Below, in pieces: positions 1 to 9,144 of a stretch of 64,000 nt of DNA. Origin of the DNA: Chloroflexota bacterium (lineage in GTDB: Bacteria; Chloroflexota; UBA11872; UBA12225; JAJDUF01); assembly GCA_965214295.1 (NCBI GenBank), contig OZ243944.1:4158426-4222425 (forward strand). Reading direction: 5' to 3'. The translations under genes and the position numbers were made by a program. A model generated the notes under the pieces. That model searched no databases, was not told the DNA's origin, and worked only from the letters and a program-made list of their open reading frames with translations. Positions within the stretch are counted from its first letter, which is position 1. Each line of letters begins with the position of its first letter.

Positions 1-1232
1 CCGCGTTTTCCAGACAGCAGCGCCAAAACATGCAGCGCGTCGCTGCCAAAATAATAACGTCCGTGCAGCTTCAACACCATGCCATCGTTCAAGTCGTAGG
101 GCAGGTTTCTTATCTCCTCGACCGGCGGGCCACCTTCGCGAGCATTGACGAGAACGAATTCACCGATGGCATTTCGCACGTCGAGGTAGTGCGCGTAATT
201 CTTACAGAAAGGACACTCGCCGTCATATACTAGCCAAGCCCGCTCCGCGCCTCGCTGCGGGCGCTTGGCAGCGGCCCATAAGCGGAAGGGAATGCCCAAT
301 ATCGGCAGCGACTGCATCATGCCGAGCAATGAGAAATGCGCTGGCGCCAACGGTGAGAGTACCAGGAACAAGCCTACGAATACGACATTCACGGGGGAAG
401 GAACATTGATTAACCAGTCGGTTCCGAAGTGGAAGAGAATCAACACGATTCCAAACGGCCGATGCAGATGCGGCCGGAACAAAGCGAAAATCGCGAAAAG
501 TTGAGTATATACCACTCCCAACAGCAGGAATTGTGCCAGATATTCCTGTTGTGCTATAAAGGGAAGCAGCGGAGGCACCGGTATCGTATCGGACATAGTG
601 CGAGACAACAAAACCCTGATCATGCCGTCCGGTGCGAAAAGCTCTAGCCGGCTATACAGCACTTTCCAAAAGCCGGCCAGGGAGTAAGAGAGCAGCAGAA
701 CACTCTGGGTGAACCAGAAGACCATGATGCAGGCCATGGCATCCTTCCGGGACATCCGCTCCGGATGACCGACCGCAGGAGGAAGAAACAGCAGCGTAAA
801 GCTGATATACAGGTGGAGATGGATACCGTGATTTATGGCGCCGTAGGAATTTTGCAATGCAGTAAAGAGGAAGAGATACAGAAAAACCCCGAGACGCCAG
901 ATCAGCACGCCCGGAAAAATCACCGCCAGCAGCGCGATAAGAGCGGCCAGGATGGATATAGCGGACACATTTTCCAGCCAGCCGACGCCGACCAGGCTTC
1001 GCAGCAGCACGAGCGACCACAGCGGGTCCGTCTGCGGGTTCCCCCGGAAAGCACGCGAGAAGTCCAAAGTGGTGATTATCGAATAAGTTGCGAACAGATA
1101 AAAGAACCGGGTCAGCCAGGCGACTCCAACGGCTGCCCGCGAAAAGTCGGACGGGGTACGACGGTCGCCGGTATCGAATTGCAGAAAGGTGCGCCGCAAG
1201 TGTCTCACCAGACGAGATACGCGCGTTATCAT
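1..1232 (-). CDS. HTTM-like multi-pass membrane domain fused to a C-terminal DCC/DUF393 thiol-disulfide oxidoreductase domain. The start is inside the window; the 3' end runs off the window start.
   Basis: Own translation of the minus strand from an ATG near 1232. It is absent from the ORF track because there is no in-window stop. Hydrophobic helices (FYLFATYSIITT, LVLLRSLVGVGWLENVSAISILAALIALLAVIFPGVLIW, LILFHFGTDWLINV) are followed by WLVYDGECPFCKNYAHYLDVRNAIGEFVLVNAREGGP...LHVLALL, which carries the YDGxCxxC signature of the DCC family. The frame is open to position 1. Confidence 0.6.
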   Translation of the reverse strand, partial: MITRVSRLVRHLRRTFLQFDTGDRRTPSDFSRAAVGVAWLTRFFYLFATYSIITTLDFSRAFRGNPQTDPLWSLVLLRSLVGVGWLENVSAISILAALIALLAVIFPGVLIWRLGVFLYLFLFTALQNSYGAINHGIHLHLYISFTLLFLPPAVGHPERMSRKDAMACIMVFWFTQSVLLLSYSLAGFWKVLYSRLELFAPDGMIRVLLSRTMSDTIPVPPLLPFIAQQEYLAQFLLLGVVYTQLFAIFALFRPHLHRPFGIVLILFHFGTDWLINVPSPVNVVFVGLFLVLSPLAPAHFSLLGMMQSLPILGIPFRLWAAAKRPQRGAERAWLVYDGECPFCKNYAHYLDVRNAIGEFVLVNAREGGPPVEEIRNLPYDLNDGMVLKLHGRYYFGSDALHVLALLSGKR

Positions 1233-1276
1233 TTTTCTGTGGCCTTGTATCCTGCCACTGGTGTTCACGGTTCGGC

Positions 1277-2266
1277 TTATCTGTCATCACCCGGCCCGGC
1301 GAGCTTAAAACTGCCTTCCCAGATGCGACCTTTCCCGCTTATGTATTGGCCGGTTCGGATACGGGCGATGTCATACCCGGGGAGCTCACGCGCCACCATA
1401 CATTTCTCGCCACCCTTATGGCGGTAAGCTCCAAAGGAAAAGTCAAGGTTGTCAAAACCGAATTGCTTGCGCTGATCGGGAAGATCATTCTTGTCAATCG
1501 GAAATACGTGCAAAAAGAAGCGTGCATACGTGTCGGGATGTTTGCAGGAATATTTGACGTAAATCAACCGGTTTCCGCTAAGATATACGTCATAGTCGGA
1601 GCTGATTACAGGTTCGGACTCACTGAGCTGCACTTCTATCGTTTTCCACCAGTCATCCCCCGGCTCGGCGAATTCAGAATTGTCTACCCAGATAGCTCCC
1701 CCAATTGTTGTCCAGTGGCCTAGCACTCTATGGGGACGGTAAAAATCGGTGCGTTTGGCTTCACCTCTGACCAGACTCGCGATGTCTCTTCGCACGTCGC
1801 GCAGGTCGATACGGACCTTGACGATACTGAATTCTACTTCATTCGCTCTTGTAAGACGTCTCACAACTGGATAAAGATACTGTTTTACTGCTCTGTCACA
1901 GTCCTCAGGGCGGGAGCAGGAACTGATGCTTCTACGTAGATTTTTCATGTCACTGATGCTGTTGTTAGGAATCAAGTAGCGTGTACCGGCAACCGGCGTG
2001 CCATCTATCGAATGGACAATAACGGCGTTTTCCGTTCTTTCCCATCCAGGTGTGTTCGAGAACAGCTGCCACGAAAAGAACGGGAAGATTTCATCCTGTG
2101 TCACTCCGATAACCGGTCTCAACCACACCATAAACAGGTAAAAGACCGAGAAGAGGGGAATTAGGTATTTCACTAACCGATAGCGACTGATAGAAAAAGG
2201 CATTAGAGCGTCCTGGAGGCCGATTCTGCCGGTACTACTGTGAATATCGTTGGGTTCCCAGGGCAA
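1277..2266 (-). CDS. Hypothetical protein with an N-terminal membrane anchor. It lies in a region of markedly lower GC than the rest of the window.
   Basis: 329-aa ORF in the track. It has one N-terminal hydrophobic helix (YLIPLFSVFYLFMVWL) and balanced amino-acid composition. It lies 45 bp upstream of, and on the same strand as, the HTTM/DCC gene. I could not recognise a family. Confidence 0.5.
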   Translation of the reverse strand: MPWEPNDIHSSTGRIGLQDALMPFSISRYRLVKYLIPLFSVFYLFMVWLRPVIGVTQDEIFPFFSWQLFSNTPGWERTENAVIVHSIDGTPVAGTRYLIPNNSISDMKNLRRSISSCSRPEDCDRAVKQYLYPVVRRLTRANEVEFSIVKVRIDLRDVRRDIASLVRGEAKRTDFYRPHRVLGHWTTIGGAIWVDNSEFAEPGDDWWKTIEVQLSESEPVISSDYDVYLSGNRLIYVKYSCKHPDTYARFFLHVFPIDKNDLPDQRKQFGFDNLDFSFGAYRHKGGEKCMVARELPGYDIARIRTGQYISGKGRIWEGSFKLAGPGDDR

Positions 2267-2578
2267 ATCTCTGCCGGAGCTGCCTGCTTCCGCGGACCGC
2301 CAGGCGAGTACGAGCCTCCACCTGCCCCCACGTGCTTTGCGTTTCGATACCTGGCGTGGCGGGCTAGGATAGTATCAGGCTGACACCACTCTACTATAAA
2401 GTAAATTGTCTTCCTCGCCTAGCTCCCTCCGGATATCCGTCCCCGCATACCTGCGGATACCGGCCTCGCCGGCCACCGCCGCACACCCGCTCTCCACACG
2501 TGGAGAGCGGGCCGGATGTGAGTCCCGCATCCCCGCTTGTCCTCCTCCCTATCAAGTCAGCCCTCAGAGAGTATCTCC

Positions 2579-2607
2579 TTGACGAGAATACTGCACAAAT
2601 GTATAGT
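2579..2607 (+). promoter_or_regulatory. Sigma-70-like promoter TTGACG-N17-TATAGT upstream of the ECF sigma factor gene.
   Basis: TTGACG at 2579-2584, a 17-nt spacer, and TATAGT at 2602-2607, about 45 nt upstream of the ATG at 2651. Confidence 0.5.
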
Positions 2608-2650
2608 ATCACTGAGGACGAGCGGGCGCGTCCGTAGGACAGTGAGGCAC

Positions 2651-3424
2651 ATGGAGTGGGAAAGACAAGCGGAAAGCACCCTGAACGCATGGGCGGCAGC
2701 CGCGCAGGCGGGCGACGAGGCAGCCCGGCTGGCATTGCTCCGGCAGTTCGAGCCGTTGATTCGGAGCACCGCGGCGTGGCTCTGGCGCGGCGTGCTTCGG
2801 TCGCAGCTGACCAACATCTACGAGCGGGCCGATCTTATACAGGAGACCCAGCGCCTCTTTCTGGAGCTGGTCCAGGAGCACACGCTGCGGCGCGGGCGCT
2901 CCTTCACTCCCTTTATCGTGACGATGCTCCGCTGGCGTGCCCGAAATTTCCTGTCCCAAGCCCAGCGGCGCCGGATGGCAGGGCGGCGCCAACGTATTGA
3001 CGATGAGGAGACGTTGGAGAAAGTGGCGCAACTGGGCCACGCGCTGTTCCCTGATCCGGCGGCGGTAGCCATAGAACGGACAGTGCTGCTCGATGCCATG
3101 CGGCAGCTCACGCTGCGCCAGCGGCGGTTGCTGTATCTGCACTACTGGCACGACGTGCCGGTCGTGCAGCTGGCCTCGGCCTGGGGTGTCAGCCAGCAAG
3201 CGATCCGGCAAGCGTTGCAACGCGCCCACCGCTCGCTGCGCCGCCACTTGGTAGCCGACACCGCGCCGCAAGCGTCACCGGCGCCGGCTGGGTTGGTGCT
3301 GGACATCATCGAGGACAAACCGGCTCACCTAGACACTGGCATCAACGACGTACATGCTACAGCTCCCGCCGTTGCTCCTGCACAACCTCCGCCGCGGTCA
3401 CCCCAGCCGGCCAATGGGCACTGA
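2651..3424 (+). CDS. RNA polymerase sigma factor, ECF (sigma-70 regions 2 and 4), with a Pro/Ala-rich C-terminal tail.
   Basis: Region 2-like ADLIQETQRLFLELV...FTPFIVTMLRWRARNFL and region 4 HTH LTLRQRRLLYLHYWHDVPVVQLASAWGVSQQAIRQALQRAHRSL. The start was moved to the internal ATG at 2651 (MEWERQ...); the track ORF starts at 2537. Confidence 0.75.
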   Translation: MEWERQAESTLNAWAAAAQAGDEAARLALLRQFEPLIRSTAAWLWRGVLRSQLTNIYERADLIQETQRLFLELVQEHTLRRGRSFTPFIVTMLRWRARNFLSQAQRRRMAGRRQRIDDEETLEKVAQLGHALFPDPAAVAIERTVLLDAMRQLTLRQRRLLYLHYWHDVPVVQLASAWGVSQQAIRQALQRAHRSLRRHLVADTAPQASPAPAGLVLDIIEDKPAHLDTGINDVHATAPAVAPAQPPPRSPQPANGH

Positions 3425-3619
3425 TCTCTGCGGCCGGCGCCTCCACCTCTGCCCAGACCTGAGCCGACTTGGCCGGCTGCCGGCCGTCTCGTGTCGGTGC
3501 GGGACGTAGCGCGACCGGCCTTTCTTCGGGGTAGCTCCGAGGCTCCGGTGCTACAGCATCGGGTGTGGGTGCCGTCATAGTCATCCCCAAGGCCACGTTG
3601 CCACCGCCGCGGCGCGGTG

Positions 3620-4789
3620 TCAGTAGAGCGTCGTGATCCCCAGGAACGCGGCCGGGACGAGAAAGAACACGCCGACGACGTAGGCGAACGCCAGCGATTT
3701 GCGTTCGCTGGCTAGCGCCGCGAGCTTTTCGGCCCCCAGCAGGGGTATGCGGGCCAGCCACGGAATGCCGTAAATCACGATGACGCCGAACAGGTTGTAT
3801 GTGAGGTGAACGAGCGCAATCTGGAGCGCCGGCAACGCTTCCGCGCCGGAGACCGCGGTGGCGGCGAGCAGGGCGGTGACCGTGGTGCCGATATTGGCGC
3901 CCAGGGTAAACGGATACACCTGCGCCAACCGGAATACACCCGCGCCGGCCAAGGGTACGATCAGGCTCGTGGTGGTGGAAGACGACTGGACAAGCACAGT
4001 AATTCCCGTGCCGGCGGCAATGCCGGCCAGCGGTCCGCGCCCAATCGCGAAATGCATGATCTTCCTGGCGCGGCCGACCATCAGCGCCTTGAGCAGCTTG
4101 CTGATGAGAGAGATCGAGATGAAGATCAGGATGACTCCGACGATAATGGTCAGCAGGCCGTCAAAAGGGTGTGGCAGGATGTGCGTCCACTCTGCAAACA
4201 GTTTGATCAGCGGCTTCGTGGCGCCGCTGACGACGTTCAAATGGATCTGCCCATAAGAACCGCCGCCGACCAGGAGATTGCCAATGAATAATCCCAATCG
4301 TTCGAGCGGGTGGAACAGGATTTCCAACGGTAGAAAGATGACGATATTGAGGAGATTGAAGAGGTCGTGAATGGTGGCGGCGGCAAAGGCGCGCCGGAAC
4401 TCCTGCTTCTCGGCCACGTGGCCGAGACTGACCAGCGTATTGGTAATCGTCGTGCCGACGTTGGCACCCATGACCATGGGCACGGCGATCACCACGGGCA
4501 GGCCGCCGGCCACCAGCCCGACGATGATGGAAGTGACGGTACTGGACGATTGAATGAGGGCGGTGGCAATGATGCCCACGAGCAAGCCCAGGAAAGGGTT
4601 CGTGGCAAACGCAAAAAGCTCTTGCGCCCGCTCGCCGGCCACGGCCTTAAAGCCCGCGCCGATAAACCCGACGGCGAGAATCAACAGGTACACGAGTACC
4701 AGCACGGCCACCCATTGCAGGAGCGGGCTGCGTTGCCACCAGAGCTGCGTTGCCGCGATCCGCTGGGTGTGAGATTCACTCAATGCCAA
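3620..4789 (-). CDS. Na+/phosphate cotransporter family protein (PNaS / NptA-YjbB type).
   Basis: Duplicated QSSSTVTSIIVGL and QSSSTTTSLIVPL signature motifs and multiple TM helices. The track ORF (to 4921) has no ATG. The probable start is a TTG at 4782 or 4789, preceded by AGGAG. Confidence 0.75.
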   Translation of the reverse strand: MALSESHTQRIAATQLWWQRSPLLQWVAVLVLVYLLILAVGFIGAGFKAVAGERAQELFAFATNPFLGLLVGIIATALIQSSSTVTSIIVGLVAGGLPVVIAVPMVMGANVGTTITNTLVSLGHVAEKQEFRRAFAAATIHDLFNLLNIVIFLPLEILFHPLERLGLFIGNLLVGGGSYGQIHLNVVSGATKPLIKLFAEWTHILPHPFDGLLTIIVGVILIFISISLISKLLKALMVGRARKIMHFAIGRGPLAGIAAGTGITVLVQSSSTTTSLIVPLAGAGVFRLAQVYPFTLGANIGTTVTALLAATAVSGAEALPALQIALVHLTYNLFGVIVIYGIPWLARIPLLGAEKLAALASERKSLAFAYVVGVFFLVPAAFLGITTLY

Positions 4790-4863
4790 GGGACTCCTAT
4801 GCAGGACGTGCCGTGCGCTGAACGCAGATTGAGGGGTCTCTCGCCTACGGGTCCACGCCTGAG

Positions 4864-4910
4864 CGCAGGTAGGGAGCACTACAGCAGCCGCAGGTAGGAG
4901 CGCTACAGCA
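4864..4910. promoter_or_regulatory. Tandem 23-24-bp direct repeat (CGCAGGTAGGGAGCACTACAGCAG / CCGCAGGTAGGAGCGCTACAGCA) in the divergent intergenic region between the Na/Pi transporter and moaA.
   Basis: Two adjacent near-identical units read directly from the sequence. This may be a regulator binding site. Confidence 0.3.
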
Positions 4911-5079
4911 ATGGATAGCACCGGGAGCAGTGCCGGAGGCCGGTATACAGGCCGGCCGATCAGTACCCGGCGGCGGCCGGATTGCCCGGCAAATTTGGCG
5001 GCGTACCTACCTATTCATGTGTCTTGTCGGCTACACTACTAGCGTGAGCATCCCCTGACTAGTTCACTTATGATACCAT

Positions 5080-6165
5080 ATGGTGATCGAAACAGCGCCG
5101 GCCGAGCCGTGGATTAGCCCCAGCGCACCGCAGGAGTTGCGTGCTCAAATGCGGCGTCCGATGCCGCTGGAAGGCCCCTTGGAGGATGCGTTCGGACGCC
5201 GTATCCGTAATTTGCGGGTCTCGCTCATTGATCGCTGTAACTTCCGCTGTACGTACTGCATGCCGGCCGAGGGCTTGGAGTGGCTGCCGCGCGACGAAAT
5301 CCTGACCTTTGACGAAATCGAACGGCTGGTGCGCTTGGCCGTAGCCCTGGGGATCGAGGAGATCCGCCTCACGGGCGGCGAGCCAACCTTGCGGCCTAAG
5401 CTACCGGAGCTGATCGCGCGCCTCGCGGCCGTCCCCGGGCTGAAGAGCCTGGCGCTGACCACTAATGGCTTCTTGCTGCGTAAGCTGGTCCCGGACCTGG
5501 CCGCAGCCGGTCTCACGCGCATCAACGTCAGTCTGGACACACTAGACGCGCACAAGTTCGCGGCGATCACGCGGCGGAACGCCATCAAGGCGGTGCTCGA
5601 CGGGCTGGCGGCCCTGGAGGAAGTGCCGAGCATCCACCCCATCAAGGTCAACGCCGTAGCCGTGCGCGGCTTCACGGCTGCCGATGACATTCTCGCTTTT
5701 GCCGAGCTGGCCCGGCGCAAGCCCTACGTCATCCGCTTTATCGAGTTCATGCCGCTCGACGCTGATGGCCATTGGGATCGGTTGCAGGTCCTGAGTGGTG
5801 AGGAAATCAAGCGCATTATCGAGCAAGTCTATCCGCTCGTGCCGGCGCGGGTTGCTGCGAGTAGCACGGCCCGCGTGTACCGCTTTGCCGATGGTCGCGG
5901 CGAGATGGGCTTTATCAATCCGGTGAGCCAGCCGTTTTGCGCCTCCTGCGACCGCATTCGCCTCACTGCCGACGGACAGCTCCGAACCTGCCTGTTCTCC
6001 ATTGACGAGACTAATATGCGCGACCCCATGCGGATTGGCGCTCCCGACAGTGAGCTGGAGCTGCTCCTGCGCCACGCCATCTGGCGCAAAGAGCTGAAGC
6101 ACCACATCAATGAAGGCCCGTCCTTCAAGCGCGCCTCGCGCTCGATGTCGCAGATCGGTGGCTAA
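5080..6165 (+). CDS. moaA: GTP 3',8-cyclase MoaA (molybdenum cofactor biosynthesis, radical SAM).
   Basis: CNFRCTYC radical-SAM CxxxCxxC motif and a C-terminal CASCDRIRLTADGQLRTCLF second-cluster motif, with MoaA-typical length and layout. Confidence 0.9.
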   Translation: MVIETAPAEPWISPSAPQELRAQMRRPMPLEGPLEDAFGRRIRNLRVSLIDRCNFRCTYCMPAEGLEWLPRDEILTFDEIERLVRLAVALGIEEIRLTGGEPTLRPKLPELIARLAAVPGLKSLALTTNGFLLRKLVPDLAAAGLTRINVSLDTLDAHKFAAITRRNAIKAVLDGLAALEEVPSIHPIKVNAVAVRGFTAADDILAFAELARRKPYVIRFIEFMPLDADGHWDRLQVLSGEEIKRIIEQVYPLVPARVAASSTARVYRFADGRGEMGFINPVSQPFCASCDRIRLTADGQLRTCLFSIDETNMRDPMRIGAPDSELELLLRHAIWRKELKHHINEGPSFKRASRSMSQIGG

Positions 6166-6353
6166 CGCGAGTTCAGATATCAGCCGTCAGCCAGCGGTGC
6201 GGCTGCCACCCGGAAGCCCGGGGCGCCCCCCAGAACGCGGCGGTGAGCAACGCCGGCCCGGCCCGGGAAATCAATAGGGGCACCACCCTGCCGAACACTG
6301 CCCCCCTACTTGGTCCCTTCTCCGGGACTGAGTCCCCGGCCAAGCGGGGACGG

Positions 6354-6542
6354 CTAGGCGCTGCGCGCTGCGGCGCGATAGACGTAGACCCCTCCAGCCA
6401 AGAGGACTACGCCGGCGACGGTCCCGACGATCTGTTTCCAGCCGAAGCCGGCGACGGAGAAAGGCAGCAAGTCCGCGCTAATCGCGACGATCAGCACGAT
6501 TGCCCCGACCACCATCAACTCGATACCAATGGACTTACGCAC
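6354..6542 (-). CDS. Possible small two-helix membrane protein (62 aa).
   Basis: The ORF encodes two hydrophobic helices (LMVVGAIVLIVAISA, IVGTVAGVVLLAGGVYVY). It lies in an otherwise unexplained 660-bp intergenic gap. There is no homology evidence. Confidence 0.25.
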   Translation of the reverse strand: MRKSIGIELMVVGAIVLIVAISADLLPFSVAGFGWKQIVGTVAGVVLLAGGVYVYRAAARSA

Positions 6543-6829
6543 CGTCTCAACTCCTTCCCCACACCGGGCACACTGCCACCGTCAACCGCTGCGCTCTCCG
6601 CAGGACCAACAGGCGCTTGGCAGCATGACGTACAATTAACAGGTGCTCCGGCGTGCAGGTCTCCATACGGATAGAAGCACCTACCTGCCGGAGGTGAGGA
6701 CCCCGATCCGCTAGTAGGATACTACCTTCCGCGCGACTTTATCTACCCCCGGCAGTCACCGGTCACGGGGGCGAGCAACAGCGGTAGTTTCTCCGGACAA
6801 GGATAGCGACCCGTACCAGGTAGGCTGGC

Positions 6830-7276
6830 ATGAACAAGAAGACGATGCGAGGGCCGGCACGGCCACCGTTTGAGCTTATCGAGCATCCGGCCGACGTGGG
6901 TATCCGGGTCTATGGTCGCGACCTCGCCGAGCTGTTCGCGCATGCGGCCTTGGGTCTCTGCTCGCTCATCACCGATACCGCTACTGTCCTGGAGCGGGAG
7001 ACACGGAGCATCGAGGTCGTAGCACCGGACCGGGAGAGCCTGCTCGTTGGGTGGTTGAGCGAGGTGCTGTGGTTCATCGAGACCGAAGACCTGTTCTTCG
7101 CGCGCTTTACGATTGAGTCCCTCTCCGATACGGCGCTCGCGGCCGTTGCTCATGGCGAGCCGGTGGACCCTCAGCGGCACCCCTATCGAGGCACGATCAA
7201 AGCAGTGACCTACCACCAGCTCGCGCTGCATCGGCAAGCCGGCACGTGGCGCACGAATATCATCTTTGACGTCTGA
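6830..7276 (+). CDS. Archease (RtcB activator).
   Basis: N-terminal FELIEHPADVGIRVYGRDLAELF matches the archease signature (FExxxHTADxxxxxxG). It lies immediately upstream of rtcB. Confidence 0.8.
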   Translation: MNKKTMRGPARPPFELIEHPADVGIRVYGRDLAELFAHAALGLCSLITDTATVLERETRSIEVVAPDRESLLVGWLSEVLWFIETEDLFFARFTIESLSDTALAAVAHGEPVDPQRHPYRGTIKAVTYHQLALHRQAGTWRTNIIFDV

Positions 7277-7382
7277 GGCCAGCGCCAGCGTCGCAGAGTG
7301 AGGAAGGAGTACGACGATGAGCCGACGTCCCTCGCGACGCCGCGGTCGCCGGCGGCAGCGCGGACGCGATCAGCAGCCCACC

Positions 7383-8939
7383 ATGGACATCCCGACCAAG
7401 TTCCCCCCAGTAGCCGGTTTTCCGCCGCCACCAGCGCCCCAGGGGAGCGTGCCGGCCGACAAGTGGCCGGTCGTGGTGGACGACTGGCGCTGGGACATTC
7501 CGTTGGGCGCCCAGGACGGGATGCGCGTGCCGGGGCGGGTCTATGCCAACGAAACGCTGCGCGATCTCCTCCGGGGCGACGGCTCGGTACGACAGCTGGC
7601 CAACATGGCGACGCTGCCGGGGATTCTCGGCCGCGCCCTGGCAATGCCCGACGTCCACCAGGGCTACGGAGCACCGGTCGGCGGGGTCTTTGCCACCCAT
7701 GCAGCGACCGGCGTCGTCTCCCCCGGCGCTTGTGGATACGACATCAACTGCGGCGTGCGACTGCTCCGCGCCGATCTGAGCGAGGACGACCTGCGGAGCC
7801 GGCAAGACCGGCTGGCTGACGAGCTGTTCAGGCAGCTACCGAGTGGGTTGGGGAAGGGCAGCGGCCTCGGCAAAGGTCAAGGCAAGCGTGAGCAGGCGCT
7901 GACCCACGGCGCCCGATGGGCCGTCCAGACCGGGCTGGGCTGGCAAGAGGACCTGGAGTATTGCGAGGCCGGGGGACAACTGCCGGGCGCCAATCCGGAC
8001 GACGTGAGCCGCCGCGCTTTCGAGCGTGGATTGGGCCGCATCCAATCCTTGAATCCTGGCAGCGGACAACTCGGCTCGCTCGGGGCCGGCAATCACTTTG
8101 TCGAGGTTGGGGTCGTTGACAGCGTGGAAGACGATGCGGCAGCCGCGGCCTTCGGACTGTCGTTGGGGCAAGTGGTCGTCTGGATTCACACCGGCTCGCG
8201 TGGCTTGGGGCACCAGATATGCACCGACTACTTGCAGACGGCGCAGGTCGCCGGAGCCGCCTATGGGATCGAGCTACCGGATCGCCAGCTTGCCTGCCTG
8301 CCGATCCGGTCAGAGGCCGGACGAGCGTATCTCAGTGCGATGACCTGCGCGGCCAATTTCGCCTGGGCCAACCGGCAAGTGCTGGCGCATTTGATCCGCG
8401 AGAGCTTTGCGGCGGTGTTCGAGCAAGCGGCGGAGGCGCTGGGCCTGCACCCGGTCTACGACGTGGCACACAACATCGCCAAGCTCGAGTCGCACCGCAT
8501 CCCCGGAGATGATGGGCCGACGCGGGCGGTGCTCGTCCACCGCAAAGGTGCCACCCGCGCCTTCCCGGCCGAGCACGCCGAGCTACCGGCCGGCTACCGG
8601 CCCGTCGGCCAACCGGTGCTGGTGCCCGGCGACATGGGTCGCTATTCGTATGTGCTCGTAGGCACGCCGCAGACGATGACCGAGACGTTCGGATCGCTCT
8701 GCCACGGGGCCGGCCGCCGCATGTCCCGTGCAGCGGCCAAGCGGGCCGTCTCCGGCCAAGAGCTGGTCGCAGCCCTGCGGGAGCAGGGTATTGTCGTCCG
8801 TGCCGGCTCCGTCCGCGGCGTCGCCGAAGAGGCCCCGGACGCCTACAAGGATGCCTCCGAGGTGGTGGGCACGGCAGTCGGCGCCGGCCTCGCCCGGACG
8901 GTGGTCCGGACGCGGCCGGTCATTGTGGTCAAGGGGTGA
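7383..8939 (+). CDS. rtcB: RNA-splicing ligase RtcB.
   Basis: RtcB motifs: PGILGRALAMPDVHQGYGAPVGGV, GYDINCGVRLL, HTGSRGLGHQ, FGSLCHGAGR. The start was moved to MDIPTKF at 7383; the track ORF begins earlier in GC-rich non-coding-looking sequence. Confidence 0.9.
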   Translation: MDIPTKFPPVAGFPPPPAPQGSVPADKWPVVVDDWRWDIPLGAQDGMRVPGRVYANETLRDLLRGDGSVRQLANMATLPGILGRALAMPDVHQGYGAPVGGVFATHAATGVVSPGACGYDINCGVRLLRADLSEDDLRSRQDRLADELFRQLPSGLGKGSGLGKGQGKREQALTHGARWAVQTGLGWQEDLEYCEAGGQLPGANPDDVSRRAFERGLGRIQSLNPGSGQLGSLGAGNHFVEVGVVDSVEDDAAAAAFGLSLGQVVVWIHTGSRGLGHQICTDYLQTAQVAGAAYGIELPDRQLACLPIRSEAGRAYLSAMTCAANFAWANRQVLAHLIRESFAAVFEQAAEALGLHPVYDVAHNIAKLESHRIPGDDGPTRAVLVHRKGATRAFPAEHAELPAGYRPVGQPVLVPGDMGRYSYVLVGTPQTMTETFGSLCHGAGRRMSRAAAKRAVSGQELVAALREQGIVVRAGSVRGVAEEAPDAYKDASEVVGTAVGAGLARTVVRTRPVIVVKG

Positions 8940-9057
8940 GGTCAGAGAGGGGAGGGCCAAGGAGGGTACCAGGCCCTCCCTACAGTCCCCCGCTCCGTAG
9001 GGGGACGTGCCAACCTGGGCACGCGGGAATGCGGGAGCGCAGTCAGCCGGCGCCACC

Positions 9058-9087
9058 TTGTCGCTTTTTTATACGTCAGCGTATACT
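9058..9087 (+). promoter_or_regulatory. Candidate suf promoter TTGTCG-N18-TATACT with an overlapping perfect palindrome TATACG-TCAG-CGTATA (9070-9085).
   Basis: An AT-rich island in a GC-rich genome, about 60 nt upstream of sufC. The palindrome overlaps the spacer and the -10 element, which is the architecture expected of a repressor operator. Confidence 0.4.
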
Positions 9088-9144
9088 TAAGATGGCTGGT
9101 AGCGACGTGCTTGACACGGCGGCCGAGCGGGAGGAGCGATAGAG

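Noticed and set aside
652-1290. Track ORFs 652..1290 (-) and 765..1427 (+), each 212-220 aa, Arg/Pro/Gly-rich.
   Set aside because: Low-complexity translations. A different minus-strand frame over the same DNA gives a convincing multi-TM protein ending in the DCC YDGECPFC domain, so these are shadow ORFs.
2609-3271. 220-aa ORF antisense to the ECF sigma factor gene, and similar long antisense ORFs at 10231..11328 (vs sufB), 14017..14580 and 14023..15156 (vs sufS), 16291..17676 (alternate frame in larA), 21866..22945 (vs the Trx-NHL gene), 23909..25117 and 24275..25219 (vs copA), 30821..32032 (vs the aminotransferase), 46006..46614, 57631..58311.
   Set aside because: This is high-GC DNA, where stop-free antisense or off-frame ORFs are expected. 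Each overlaps a gene with clear family motifs on the other strand or frame and has Arg/Ala/Gly/Pro-biased composition.
4925-5079. Possible Moco riboswitch in the GC-rich, stem-rich leader upstream of moaA.
   Set aside because: Moco riboswitches do often precede moaA. I could not recognise the conserved Moco-motif core by eye, and the region also shares the Na/Pi-transporter divergent promoter. A covariance-model search (Rfam Moco RNA motif) would be needed.
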